From the NCBI RefSeq assembly GCF_037042905.1, contig NC_087245.1:43588001-43652000 (forward strand): a DNA stretch of 64,000 nt, written 5' to 3'. The stretch is from Lytechinus pictus (taxonomy: Eukaryota). Made by a program: the position numbers and the translations under genes. The notes beneath the pieces are model-generated. The model saw nothing but the letters and a program-made list of their open reading frames with translations. It did not search any database and was not told the DNA's origin. The first letter of the stretch is position 1. Each line of letters begins with the position of its first letter. This document shows, piece by piece, positions 1 through 13,896 of the stretch.

Positions 1-1489
1 GTCCAGATTGGATAGCCCATCGTGGCTACTTCATGGGGAATTCAAGATAGGTAGATAGATAGATAGATAGATACTCCAAACAGTAAGATTCATCGACGTT
101 CTCGCATATTGTCCCCATTCCTCACACCATTTCAATTATGACGTTTTGGGGACGAGTAATGCATTACTCGTCCGAAGAAGTGCATTACTAAAATAATAGT
201 CCAGAGTAATGGTCATCTTTTAAATTATCACTGCATCCGTCACTGCCGTCGTCTTGTATCTTTACTCCTCTCTGATGTGGAAGAAACTTCTGGACGACGT
301 TTGAATATGTTATCTGAACAATCAAAATAAAGCAATACACTGAACGCATATGCCATTTATCTTGCTCAGACCATTCAGACTGAATGACAAATCTATTGAA
401 TAACAGTTATTCAACATTTCAGTTCTTTCTTATTTGTATTCATTTACATAACGCATGTCATACCACGAGCAATAACTATCAAAGATTGATTATACGGCAA
501 ACTGGTCAATTCTGTATTTTTATATGATTATATCCAACGAATGGAAGTTGTTAAGAAATTGCTTTATGTGTTGCACTCTCCCCACAAAGGATGAACAGTG
601 GTAAGGTGACACTCATTATATTAAATGTTTTCCAAAAACAATACAATACATGTTGGTGCATACACATTCTTCAAATAAGATGATAGCCATTATGATCACA
701 ATATTTTCGCACACACCGTTAAACCGAGGATTTAATTATTCCACTCATAAATCAATCAAAAACGCAATACAAAAATTACAGTATACGACAAACTCCAAGT
801 TGGCTGGAAAAATACAACTGCGTTATTGGGCACGTTGTTCTACTAATAGAATCAGAGATGTGCAGTATCCTTTAGATGTCTACCATGTCTACTGTCGAAT
901 GTATCGGATATATCTAAGAATCGTCATGATCTTCGGGCGTCACATATCTTGAATTCAATTCCAAGTTTACATTCCGATACTTCCAATTAGGATGGGACAA
1001 ATTACACCTTTAGAGAGTAGCGAACTTAGTGTATAAAGATCTTTAAAACGCTCTTCGATCTTGGAACACATCATTGGTGATGCGCTCGAATAAAAGTTCA
1101 TCGGGTACATACTACATCAACACTTCAATGAGTGATGGCTGCATGTAAGAAGGCCAGCTGTCTCACGAGTGAAAATAAATAAAGGGTAAGAAAGCACGCA
1201 GACGGCGCGCCGCGGCGGGTCATTCCGGACCTTTCGTTTGAGGACGCGGACGCTTATTTACGACGTTAGTTGATTTTGGAAGAGACTTTTTGGGCCCGTC
1301 ATCATGGTCGTCCTGCAATGCAAATTGTGTGACATGAGATTTTTTTTTCGTTTCGCATCTGCGACGGAAACATTCAATATGCGTTTCGTGTGCAAAATTT
1401 TGGTTGCTACTATGGTAACAGCGATATATCTCATTGAGGACGACTTTCCATAAAGCCACATTTGACTCCTCCTAGAGCTCGAGAGGCCG

Positions 1490-1790
1490 CCCGGGGGGCC
1501 CACTTCCATTGATTAGTGGATCCCAGGAGCGACCACGCGTAAAAGGGGACAGAGTGGGCAGGTACGTTACGTATAGGCCTATGTAACGTTATAAGGGTGT
1601 CAAAACGATGTTTTAAATGCTGACAAAAAAGGGATATCCAATACTTGTAGGGTTTCACAAGCCAAATTCTTGTTAAGAGATGCATTTTCATAATCTGGAA
1701 AAGAATTACTTCCCAGCTTGTTTAGGGTATTTTTCGAAACCCCATGGTCGTGCCTGGTATCCACTCATTAATGGAAGTGGTCCCCCCGGA
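1490..1790. mobile_element. MITE with CCCGGGGGG-type termini
   Basis: CCCGGGGGGCCCACTTCCATT...AGTGGAT is inverted against ATCCACT...AATGGAAGTGGTCCCCCCGG; no clear TSD. Confidence 0.6.
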
Positions 1791-4700
1791 ATTTGAATCT
1801 AATCCCCATTTCTGGGGGAAGTAAAACATAATGCCCATTACATCGTGTGCGAGAGGCATATCGTTTGTGTAGAAGGAATAAACAAAAGAAACAAAAGAAA
1901 CAAAAAGAAACGAGTTCAAATGTATTACATAATGGTGTGCACATATCAACTCACGCGAAATGTTCGGCTGGAGAGGTTGATCTGACCCATGAAATCAATT
2001 GCCAGTGATACACCAATAATCCACATTAAATGTAATATCGATTCGATGGACTGTAATGATCTATATCTAAGCCTTCATTCAGTAAGTTTTTCCTCACTCA
2101 ATATGTACTCGATTTGTTTGAAAAACCACTTTCTTATCCATGTCATAATCTATTTTAGGTCTTCATTTCGAATATCTCAAACCATCAGTCGTAATATACA
2201 TGCTATGTATGGTGCGAGTGTCGCAGAAAAGGATTTTGCACACGAAAAGCAGATCTGTAGGGCCTGTAACCCCCCTGTAACACAAAGTTTAGCATTGATT
2301 GTAGAGCAGTTTTCTACGTTTGATTCTATTGACTATAATGCACATTCAATCTTAAAAATCAAGTGTATGATTAAGCGTTAACTTTTGTGTTAGGGGACCC
2401 TAATATTAGCGTCCGTGAGGATTGCGAAAGGTCCCAATTCAGATTGTGGCGGAGTACGAAGGGACACAAGTTGCGCGTCGATCCCTTTAAATTGCTGGCA
2501 TTCTCCATCATCGGGCAGTAGTGGGCTAGTAATCTAAGTGCGTTACCCAATTTGATTGTAAGGATCATATAATTGAAGTTCATATTCAATGTATATCTAT
2601 GCGATACACCACTGGTTAAAGTCCGAGTTGAGAGAAAAATCTCAAACGAGCATAACGTGGACACTCCAAACAAAAATTTAAACAATAAACAAAGAATGAA
2701 GGAATTTTTTTGCTCATTTTCATGAAACCGTTTTATGCACATCCATGGTTGTAGGCGTATAATATGTGAGGGCTGAAAGTGGAACTGATAACACACAGCC
2801 ACTATTTCTTTAGGGCATATATTTCTTATCAAACATGAAGAAGATAGATATATAGTATTGCGTGAATTACATGTATGCAATAATTCATTCTTTCTCCATT
2901 TGATGAAAATATAGGTCGACTCCATTTTTAATCTGTGGAATCAATATAGTAAAGCATTATCATTCAACCAAGACCTTATGATATGAAACCAATTAAAACA
3001 TATATGGCCATAAAAGACAGGGATTCAATGAATATTGTCCACATGCAGTACGTGCAAAGTCTCCACTTCATATGGAGTGTGACTGTTCCAATAGTGGACG
3101 ATGGAAACGCTTACATCATCTGGCAAATAGGCTTCTGATCATTCTGCTATCAGTGAGAGATGATATAAGTCACTCTTGAGATTGCGGGTATCTGGTTAAC
3201 AACTTCTTCTCGTCTTATATTCGAGAAGACGAACGTTAAAACACCTTTGAAATTACGTAGAGGTGAAGGTTATAATTCACAAACAAGGAAATAGTATCCC
3301 GTAATTAGTAACCATCTGGAATAAAATTATTGGATATGGTTTTTGACTGATTTGAGTAGGTATGGGTGTCAACATTTACCCCCCAAAAAGTTAGGAGGAA
3401 TACGGGTTGGGGAAAGTGCTTTTTTCAAGGTCAAAGGTCATTGACCTTTTTAAATATACTGTATCATGGTATCTCCCAGATAAAATATTACAGGTTGGTG
3501 ATCATGGTGTCAAAATGCACAGATTCTTACAAGAAGATAAAATAAAACAAAATCAAGTACCTACAATGCTTATTTACCCATGAAATTCAAGGTCAAAGCC
3601 TTTCATGGGTCAATGACCTTTTTACATTATATACCATATACGGTATAATGTTATCTGAGATGAAAAGGCGCAGGTTGGTGATCTTGGTGTCAAAATGCAC
3701 AGATTCTTACAAAAAGATCAAATGAAATCAAATCAAGTACCTACAATGCTCATTCACCAATGAAATTCAAGGTCAAAGCCTTTCAAAGGTCTATTACCTT
3801 TATTTTTACATTATGTATCATACTGTATAATAGTATCTCTGAGATGAAAACGGCACTGGTTGGTTATCGTTGTGTCATAATGCACAGATTCTTACAGGGA
3901 GGTCAAATAAGATAAAGATAATCACCTAGAATGCATATTAATCCATAATGTTCAAGGTCAGAGGTCAATGACCTTTTTACATAGGCTATATATCGTATAA
4001 TGGTATCTCTGAGATAAAACGCTGCATGTTCGTGATTTTGGTGTTAAAAAGCAATTTTTGCAAGAATATAAAAAGGCACAAAATAATAAAAAAGAATAAT
4101 CCTTCACCTTTGATATCCAACGTCAAAGGTCAAAAGTTGATAAATATTTATATATCCATGCATGATTCCCCCAAAAAAGAAATTAATCCATTATATTCAC
4201 ATTTTATTTGTGAATAATAGAAGGAAAGATATCTATTTGTAATGAAAACTTTGATGTTTAATAATTTCACTCTGAAATAAGGATAAAAAATGGCCATGAA
4301 AAATATATTTAGTGGTAAGAGGTCAATCAACTATGTCAATAACGCCAGGGAACTTAAGTAAATAGGTCGATATAACGTGATTGTGGCATGTAGGTATAGA
4401 GATTCTGATGGGAAAAAGACTGACCTGCGTGGAAAATTAACACAAATTTAATAGTTGAATCCTTGACCACTGATGATGTCAAAATACAAGTTGGAGGTGA
4501 AATTTAGATCAAATAGCACTTTTTAATATATATTGTAGTAATGCATTGCCAAAAGTGTAAAAAAAAAAATCATGTATGATATAATTTGAAATGATGAAGT
4601 TGTCTGAAGTAGCAGCATTTAGATATGCATTTTATAAATCTAAATCAAGGTACTAATTTCTCTGTAGCAATAGGTCACTAACCTCAAATGCTACAATCAA

Positions 4701-5909
4701 TACTATAAAACTATAAATTAATCTATAAATTGAATGGATAGGCCTTACTCTTGTGGCAAGCACCATCCGAGAACATTTTCATATAGCTAGGGACAATGAT
4801 GAAGAATTAAAACAAGGCAATCATTAGAGCAGCAGCTTTTGTCATAGTAAATGAAGTTAAGTGTCTCAACTTCAGCAACGAGTAATTAAACTCTTGGAAA
4901 CCTTCTGACATTTTCAGGACTTTTATCTGACCCATTCAATGAAAGCCTAACGTTCTGTCAAGGGATATCAGACCAGGATCTATATGTTGCACAGCTTGAT
5001 TCTCAAGAACTGGAAGTGGTGTTGTAGGAGTGTTGTTAGGTCGATGGATGTGTACTTGTAAGCTATTATCTCCTTTTAAATTTCATTATTATATGCCTAA
5101 TTTGTGCATGATTACAATCAGTTGTTCTGGACCAAATACATGATCCTTGTATATACTGATACCTAGTAGAAATAGCATCATGGGTGACGTACGGCATGAG
5201 GGCAGATATGAAGTTTTGTCCTGCAGCATTAGCATCTCAAGAGATTCTGACAGCTCGCAACGAAAGTTGATTAATAATAATAAGGGAATTCATCTTTGTT
5301 GAAATTGATATATATGCCATTTACTACAAGTATGACAGAAGCTGCAGCTCTAATGATGGCCTTCATTTCATCTTCATCATCATCCCTCTGCTGTTTAGAA
5401 ATGCTCTCAGATGATGCTAGCTGTGACATGAGAGTTAGACCTATCCTATCCATTTTCAGAAGATTAAGCTAATAGTTTATAGTATTTATTATAGCATTGA
5501 GGTGAGTGGCCTATTGCTGGAGAGAAAAAGACACGACATCCTTGATTTAGATATTATGATGCATTAAATGCTACTACTTAAAATAAAAATCATTTCAAAA
5601 TATATACTTGATTTCATTTATTTTTTTTCATTGCTTTTGGCAACGCAGCGCAGTATATGAAGAAGTGTTATTTGGTTATCAACTTTTTTTTTACTTAATT
5701 TCCATTGATATTTTGGACAGGGTTCATTGACCTCTGACCCCTAAATACATTCTCCATGACCTTCATTGTTTCAGACTGAAATTATGAAACCTCCATGTTT
5801 TCATTACAAATTAGCCATCTTTATTTACATTATTCACAAATAAAATATGAACACAAAGGATAATTTTTTGGTTGTTTTTATGTCATACAGATTATATATA
5901 TATATGTAT

Positions 5910-6160
5910 AGGCGTAAATAATTCAAGCATTAACGCTAGACGTAGCTTCCAAGTATCTCTTTTATTGCGAGCTTTCGGCCAGTAGGGCCTTCATCAGGCC
6001 TATAATGCATTGAAACAAACAAAATAGAACAAAACCATTCAAATAAAATAGTAATAACAACATAGTGAATAATGTGTAACAAAGGGTACAGAACAGAAGG
6101 ATTACACTAAGATAACAAAAAAATTGTTATCTTAGTGTAATCCTTCTGTTCTGTACCTTT
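5910..6160 (-). mobile_element. Penelope-like retroelement 3' fragment (pLTR-like)
   Basis: Adjacent to (TA)n at ~5893-5910; hammerhead core followed by AATAAA on the - strand; perfect 34-bp inverted repeat at 6085-6118/6124-6157. Confidence 0.55.
5961..6005 (-). ncRNA. Minimal type I hammerhead ribozyme motif
   Basis: - strand reads ttataggc CTGATGA a GGCC ctact GGCC GAAA GC TC gcaataaa: core boxes, 4-bp stem II, palindromic AGCT stem III, imperfect stem I. Confidence 0.6.
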
Positions 6161-8534
6161 GAAATCGGCAAAGAAAAATCACTTTTTTAATCAAAAGAGA
6201 TTGGATTCATTTCAGTTTGCTTGCAAAAGGGGTTAGGTCCACAATGAACATTTTTTCAAAAATATATATTAAAAAATTGAAGACAGGTAGATTTCTTTTA
6301 TACCTAATTTTATGTTCACATGGTAGGGTAGTACATCATGACAATTTAGTTTCTCATAAGAATATTGCAATAAGTGAGAATAAAAAACATGGTTTTTCTC
6401 GGAATGGTCCAAAGTGGACCTAACCCATTTTGCAACTTAACTCTTCACATTTTGACACCATGATCACCAGCCTGTACCTTATCATCTCAGAGATACCATT
6501 ATACGGTATGGTATATAATGTAAAAAAAGGTCATTGACCTTTGAAAGGCTTTGACCTTGAATTTTATCGGTGAATGTGCATTCTAGGTACTTAATTTTAT
6601 TTTATTTGATATTCCGGTAAGACTTTGTGCATTTTGACACCATTATCACCAACCTGCGCCTTTCCATCTCAGAGATACCATTATACAGTATATATGAAAA
6701 GGTCATTGACCTTTGACCTTGAAAAAAACACTTTCCCCGACCCGTATTCCTCCTAACTTTTTTTTGATAAATGTTGACACCCATACCTACTCAAATCAGT
6801 TAAAAAACATTTCTAATAATTTTATTCCAGATTGACTATTTTGGGGTCTAATTTAGGGATACTAAAAGTAGCAGGAGTACGGTAAGGTTAAAATCAATGC
6901 CATTAATATGAAGATAAAACAAGGAGTAAATGAAGAAGAAAGACGAGGAGGGATAAGAGGAAGGATGAAGAGAAGAAGGTTGAGAAATGGAAGGATAAGA
7001 AGAACAAGAACAAAAATAATAAGAACTTATTGAAGAGCAGAAGGTCATATTGTTGATTTCGAGATTATCATTTTTTAATCAAAGCACTACAATTAATTAC
7101 ATTTAATTTTTCATTCGAATAACGGCGTGTACCAACAATACCTGAATGCAGTGTAAGAAAGAGTATACAGGAAACGAAATTATTAAACATGATTTCCATA
7201 TCGTTATTTTGAAAATTGAAATACAGGAAAAGATGTTGCACTGTATGTCGCTTTTCATCACCGGAAAATTATACGGTATTGTGATCTACATGTATATGTA
7301 CATCTGTTTTATGTTCATTTTTTGTTCAGCCCGTTACCCTAATGCCAATAGAGAGTAGGCCCGAAGGAGAGTCATAAACTCAATAACATTCTGACAAATA
7401 CGAATTGTACCATATTCCAGAGCCACTAGTATGTTTTCCCTTTCTCACAAGCCTTATTTAATCGTTAAACGTCTTTCCTTCAAATATCATTGATTTTTTT
7501 TTAATCTGAAGAAATTTGCTCCGAGTAAGGCTCTTCTTTGTGTTAAACTGTTTAATATATGCTAAATAAATATGATTCTTATTTAATAGTCGATTTGAAC
7601 AGAAAACTTATTATTGTTAAAACCTTCGTCATCTCTACATGTATGATGACAATAGAAAAAAAATTCCCAGTCAGTTAAAGTCTACACTTTGTTTCCGTGT
7701 GTATTGATGAGCAACATACATGTATGTATATAATTAGACAATCGAAGGCATAATCGATGCCGTCACCAACAATAGTAGGGAGTTTTCGCACTGCCTCCAG
7801 AAACATAGACAATATTTTGTCAAATACCCTTCATGACAATGACCAACAGATCTTCGTCGAAAATTGTTGGATTAAAATACATGAAAGAACAGTTTCGCCC
7901 TGGACATATTTGCAGTTTTCATCAGCTCGAAACTTAGTAAGAGCTGCTGTTCCGGTTCACTATAAGGCCTCCCAGCTATTATTTGTTGTTTGACGGATGT
8001 TTTCTATACATTTACTGTGTTCTTGAATTTGTTCTGCGTGCCGGTGCGAAAAATCGCCAACATCTACACCATCATTACCACCATCGTCAAAACAGTGGTT
8101 CTGGTGAAATGAAAAACATCCCCAGTGTAAATTATTTAGAAATTTGTGATTAGGAGATTTTAGGATACATGTAAACCCTAAAGGTTCTGTATACAGATGA
8201 TGTTGTGTTAGTAAATATATTTTTTGTGTAAATACGTCTGACAGCAGTTATATGAACCAGCAATAACAAAACATTCTGAAGTTGAGGTATAAATCACTTA
8301 CTGAAGTATGATAACGACATTGTTGACTTGGGGTACCTCGATCCGTTTATTTAAAAATAAATCATTTGCTGTGAATCCATTTCATAAAGGTATATGTTAC
8401 GTGTTGTTCCCTAAATTTTGATTATTAAAGGGATGGTCCAAGCTGGAAATCTCTCTCTCTCTCTCTATTTATGTATCTCTTCCTTCTTACATTATTCTGA
8501 TACTAATAGGAAAATGTTGATAACAAGGTCATAT

Positions 8535-10750
8535 GCATTATTATTATTATTACTACTTAGTATTTGTACTGCGCTTTTCCCATTAGGCCCAAAGCGCTTA
8601 CAATGAATTAATTAAATGTAATATTTTAAAAACTACAAAGTACGAAAGAGATGAGTTTTTAATGACTTTTTGAAAATTGCTAATGTTGGAGACTGTCTAA
8701 TTATTAGTGGCAGGTCGTTCCAGGATTTTGAAGCCGACACCGTAAAAGTTCTGTCACCAGCTAATGTACGAGTTAATGAATATGTGAGGCGAAGGTGATC
8801 ACTGGCCGACCTAAGTGCTCTAGTTGGTGTATACAGATTCAAGCAGTTACTTAAATACTGTGGAGCCTGTTTATTCAGTGTTTTGTAGACAATCAAGAGT
8901 AATTTGAACGTAATTCTCTGTTTAAAAGGAAGCCAGTGAAGATAATTAAAGAGTGGTTGGGAAGGATGATCTCGGGACACCTGTAAAATTAATCGTGCTG
9001 CCCAATTTTGTAGTCGTTGAATACGAATTAATTGATTAGAGGGAATTATAGAAAGGAGCCCATTGCAATAATCGATACGAGACAGAACCAATGAACGAAC
9101 AGCATTGTGACAGGCAGACTGGTCAATGAACCTTCTGATTCTAGAAATGTTCCTTAAATAAAAAGTGACTGTGCTACAGATATAAGAGATATGGTATGAC
9201 ATTGACATGCGGGAATCAAATATGACACCAAGGTTTCGTATTTTTTCTGATGGTCTAATGAGTGTACCATCAACATCAAGTTGAACATTTGGAAGATTGC
9301 GCAAGTTATAAGTAGAGGCCGCAACAAAAAATTCATTTGTTTTGTCATTTAATTTTAGCTTATTCACTATCATCCACTGTCTTATATCTGATATACAATT
9401 CTGGAGTTTAACCAGTGCATTATTGAGAGCTCCAGGAGTCTTCGGATCAAAAGAAACGTATAATTGTATGTCGTCAGCATAAAAATGATAATTGATACAG
9501 TGATTTCGGATGATATCACCAACTGGAAGAGTATATATTGAGTAGCCTATGGGTCCGACTATTGACCCCTGAGGGAGTCCAAATTCTAGAGTTATGGGAT
9601 TTGACAATGTGCCATCAATATCAACTTGCGAAGTCCATCCAGACAGGTATGATTAGAACCAGGATAAGACTCTGGACCTAACGCCTATTCTATTGAATAA
9701 CCGAGATATGAAAATGTTATGATCTATTGTATCAAACGCGGCAAATAAATCTAACAGCACCATAAAAACTACATTATTTGAGTCGAGAGAAAACATGATA
9801 TCATTTTTTACTTTGATCAGAGCTGACTCGGTGCTGTGACCTGGCCTATAGGCAGATTGGAGAGGATCAAAAATATTATTAGATTCAATCCCGGGGGGGG
9901 GGCACTCGACCAAAAAAGGAGTGGGTATGTGCCGCGGGCGAGACAAAAAACGGGGGCCTTGGAGCGGGCTTATTGTAAAAAGGAGGGTCCTCGGAACGGA
10001 CTTCGGAACGACAAATGTTTGTGAAAACGGGGGTCCTTGGAACGGGTCGCTTGCGCGTGCATCCCTATGGAACGGGCATACGTGCATGCAGCAAGCCCAG
10101 CGGCACGGGCGCCGGGTGCGCTCGCGCCGAGGCGATGGTCGGACAGCGCCCAGCGGCCGGTTTTCACCAAAATTGCAGCTCATTGTGGCGGATCAATGCG
10201 AGCGGAACGGCGTAATGAAAAATATGCGAAGCTTTGGAGCGGATTTATTTCTTCTTTTCTCTCGATAGGAAGAAAATGCTATGCTTCAGAGCGGCTTTCT
10301 TAGTTCTTTTTCTTAATAAGATGAAAATGCTATGCCCTGGAACGGAAATTTGAGTGTAAAAATGGGGGTCCCCTCCGCGGCACATACCCACTATGCATTA
10401 TATACTGAGTGCCCCCCCCCCCCGGGGATTCAATATGATCAGCTAGTTGAGTACATGCCGCCTTCTCGATGAGTTTACCTATAAATGTTAAGTTTGAGAC
10501 CGGTCTATATTTACTGATGTCATTTACATCCAACCCTGATTTCTTCAAAAAAGGTTTGATGATTGCTGAATGTGCTTGATCAGGGAAAATACCTGTAGAA
10601 AGAGATTGATTGATTACATTTGTGAGCAATGGTAATAAATGAACAATGTTTTCTTTCAAAAACCATGTAGGAATGGGGTCAAGTCGGGAGGATTTAGTAG
10701 CCGAAGACATAATGATTCTGGATACATTTGACTGAGAAAGCACCTGAAAA
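8535..10750 (-). mobile_element. 5'-truncated, disrupted L2/CR1-group LINE (ORF2 reverse transcriptase)
   Basis: RT motifs YRPVSNL, QSAYRPGHSTE, LLDLFAAFDTIDH, GLPQGSIVGP, FYADD. Premature stop at 9653-9655, insertion at 9890-10426, (TAA)n-like 3' tail near 8540. Confidence 0.92.
9890..10426. mobile_element. Non-autonomous DNA transposon inserted in the LINE, 8-bp TSD
   Basis: TIRs CCCGGGGGGGGGGCACTC / GAGTGCCCCCCCCCCCCGGG; TSD GATTCAAT at 9882-9889 and 10427-10434. Removing it restores the RT frame (HIES-NNIF). Confidence 0.9.
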
Positions 10751-10944
10751 TTTGCGAAAAGTGGAATATTTTGATTTTCAGTATCACTAAACTGAATGTT
10801 AACAGGTACAGTACATGCATCAAGTTCAGCTCTTATTCTCCTTATCTTGCATATGTACTAAAGTATCATGTTCTCATTCTTTCATTGTTTCCTCATTCAA
10901 TCTCATGTATATTTGGTAATTATGTTGGGGGCAGTTCTGGTATC

Positions 10945-13201
10945 CTGATATTTACTCAAAATTTACATAACTACACCTTTATATTACAAGGAGAAAAGGC
11001 CCCATTATTGTCATTGCATTCACTGTTGAGCTATATGCAAGTAGGATATGTGTATATCCATATAGTGAATATAACATGTATGAGTATCATTAAACAGGGT
11101 CATTGCATAGGAAATATTCATTTTCAATGCATTTCTTTGTGCTAGTGTGAGTGTACAGATATAAAAGAATAGCAAAGTAGCTATTTAAAAAAATAAAATT
11201 AATAGGTCATATAAAGGGGAATTCCCTAGTAGTGGATGGATAGTACTGCCCAAACTCCTCAGTATCAAACAATTTCTCATTGATATAAATATGTTTAGTC
11301 ATCAATTTGTGTAAAAATTGATTTAATGGCTTAGCAAGGCTATATCAGGTAAAGTTAGTAGGTCTGTGTATGTAAGCCTAGGAATGTATAGAGTCTAGGC
11401 CTTTTAAAGTTATGTTCTGATTCATCATTGGTTTGTCTTAGTGTACATCACCTACTTAATGTTAGAAAGATCTTTACAAATTGCTCATGTTGAGAACTTC
11501 ACTGAAGAGAAGAGTGGTACCTTCAAGAAGGTTGATTTAGATAAAGGCACAGATGTTTCTAATAGTGCTCAACTAAGGGGAGGGGGTGGTTGTGTGCTCC
11601 CATCTTAGTCTACTCCCACTCCCTCTTTATAAGCCGTGCCATCTATAAAATTGTCTTAGAGCAAAACCAATTGAAACCAGTTGGTCAACTGGTTTCAATA
11701 GGGAAATTGGAACAACTGGTTTCAATTGAAACCAGTTGCCGATTGGTTCCAGTTAAAACCAATTGGGCAACTGGAACCAGTTGGCAATTGGTTCCAGTTG
11801 AAACCAATTAGGCAACTGCACCTCAGTTGGTTCCAGTTATTCCAATTTCCCTATTAAAACCAGTTGAATCCAATTGGAGGCTACTGGTTTCAATTGGTTC
11901 CAGTTAAAACCAATTGGAGGCAACTGGTTTCAATTGGTTCCAGTTGAAACCAATTGGTTTCAACTGGAACCAGTTGGAACTTCCAGTCGGAATGAACTTA
12001 ATTTATAGTTACATATTAATTAGCATTTGTACTAACTATTGTTCATGCCAACACAGAAGCATTGTTATATGTCTATTAATACCAATGTAAAGGGCACTGA
12101 TAAAATTTAGACTTTCATATATATATATTTATATGGAGGAGCTTCGAATGTATGTATTTGTATTTCATGTAATTTGGTAACAGTTACTGGTGTATTATTA
12201 TCTTTTAATCTGTTAAAAATTGTAATATATAATATTTATGAACATGGTTTTCACTGCTAACTCTTCTAAACATTTATCTTAACTAGTGAGGCACTTGAGA
12301 AAGAAAATAAATGAATTGATACATTGCAAATGATGATGAATCACATAAAAACATTAATCTGTACACATTGGCAGATAATATGCAAATTAACTGGTTTCAA
12401 TTGGATCCAGTTGGGTAACTGGAAAATTTTCCAATTGGAAACCAATTGGAAGTAATTTCCAGTTACCCAACTGGATCCATTTAGGATTTCCAGTTACCCA
12501 ACTGGTTCCAGTTAGGATTTCTAGTTATCCAACTGGTTCCAATTAGAAGTCATTTCCAGTTACCCAACTTTCCATTAAGAAGTCATTTGTTGGAAGTCAT
12601 TTCCAGTTGCCCAACTGTTTCCAGTTAGGATTTCCAGTTACCCAACTTGTTCCAGTTAGAAGTCCATTTGCAGTTGAAAGACATTTCCAGTTACCAAACT
12701 GGTTCCATTTAAGATTTCCAGTTGCCCAACTGGTTCCAATTGGTTTCAATTGGAAATTGTTACATTACAGTTAAGACCAATTAAAACCAGTTGAAACCAA
12801 TTGAAACCAGCTGGAAATCCAACTGGTTTCAATTGGGTATTGGTCCTGGGAGCTACCCCCACTCCCTCTTTATAAGCCATGCCATCTATAAAATTGTATT
12901 TCTCTCTCTCTCTCTATCTATTTATGTATCTCTAATACATCTGATACTAATATTTACATAAATACACCTTTATATTACAGGGAGAATAGGGCCCTATATT
13001 ATTGCATTCACTGTTGAGCTATATGCAGGTAGGATATGTGTACATCCATATAGTGAATATAACATGTATGAGTAACACATTAAAATGGGTCATCGCATAG
13101 AAAATAGGCATTTTCAATGCATTTCTTTGTGAAAGTGTACTCGTACAGATATAAAAGATAGCAAAGTAGCTATTTCTGAAAATAACATTCATAGGTCATA
13201 T
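10945..13201 (+). repeat. Local direct duplications (10945-11213 ~ 12940-13201; 11611-11657 ~ 12854-12900)
   Basis: Near-identical blocks, e.g. tacacctttatattaca...cactgttgagctatatgca and cccactccctctttataagcc. Confidence 0.75.
11655..12850. mobile_element. Satellite-armed non-autonomous element (CCC terminus, EnSpm/CACTA-like)
   Basis: Arms made of AAACCAGTTG/CAACTGGTTT repeats. The right end reads CCCAGGACC...CCAATTGAAACCAGTTGG on the - strand; the left end is degenerate. Confidence 0.55.
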
Positions 13202-13671
13202 GATATAGGTTTCCTGATCCTGATTACAACAGGAAGGCAAAGATATTCGTTCGACCCAACCCATTCGATTTTTTTTTTCAATTTGATATTGCCAATTGAC
13301 AAAAGTGGCACTGAATATAATTGACAATCTAACACTGATTCTAGAAATGGTAACTACTGAACTTCCTTTCCCCAAATTGGGAAGATATATCAATGACCTT
13401 GGAACTATTTTTGAGTGGCGGAAGAATTAGGGCTATTTTACTGTTTCAGTTGATAAATTTGATCCCATATCATAGTTATCTTCATAAATGGCGATTTATT
13501 TTTAAAATGAGCCGGCTAGTACGATACCCTTCTCTGGTCAGATATGGAATGTCAGATAATATATATCCTATCCAATGGTAGTAAACATTTGATCCTCACT
13601 TTTCAAAAGTGCCATTTTAACACACAAGTCTATGGGAATGTTTTACGCGTGTGACACACTTATTGCTCTAT

Positions 13672-13896
13672 TGGGAATCCCAGTGATGTCATTGCGGTTT
13701 TATACTTCCGCACCATCTAACACCCGAGTCTCCTTGTCAACAGCAAGACTGCAAGCCGTGTAATCCTATGTAATTCTCTACTAGTACTTGAATTACAATA
13801 TGGTAGGCGCTACATGCTATATAACGGCATGAGTACTGTATCTTCATTATAACTCCGTGCTCAGAGGAGTCACCTTCTAAAATCATTAATGTGAGT
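13672..13896 (+). promoter_or_regulatory. Candidate promoter/5'UTR exon of the ALF-like gene with a kB-like site
   Basis: TGGGAATCCCA at 13672-13682, adjacent TGATGTCA, donor GTGAGT at 13891. Confidence 0.35.

Larger units (their letters stand above)
3292..6864. mobile_element. Foldback-like non-autonomous DNA element with long imperfect inverted arms and ~180-bp internal subrepeats
   Basis: Termini TAGTATCCC/GGGATACTA. 3300-3700 mirrors 6450-6860 and 4660-4880 mirrors 5280-5510. Tandem units at 3430-4030. Confidence 0.75.

Noticed and set aside
150..173. Perfect 24-bp palindrome GGACGAGTAATGCATTACTCGTCC
   Set aside because: Isolated and near the window edge; probably a repeat remnant, with no supporting context.
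7885..7935. Second hammerhead-like CTGATGA...CGAAAC on the - strand
   Set aside because: Stem II is poor and no stem I pairing was found.
9653..10303. GC-rich overlapping ORFs around 9.9-10.3 kb
   Set aside because: Chance frames through the 537-bp insertion; only the LINE-derived part is meaningful.
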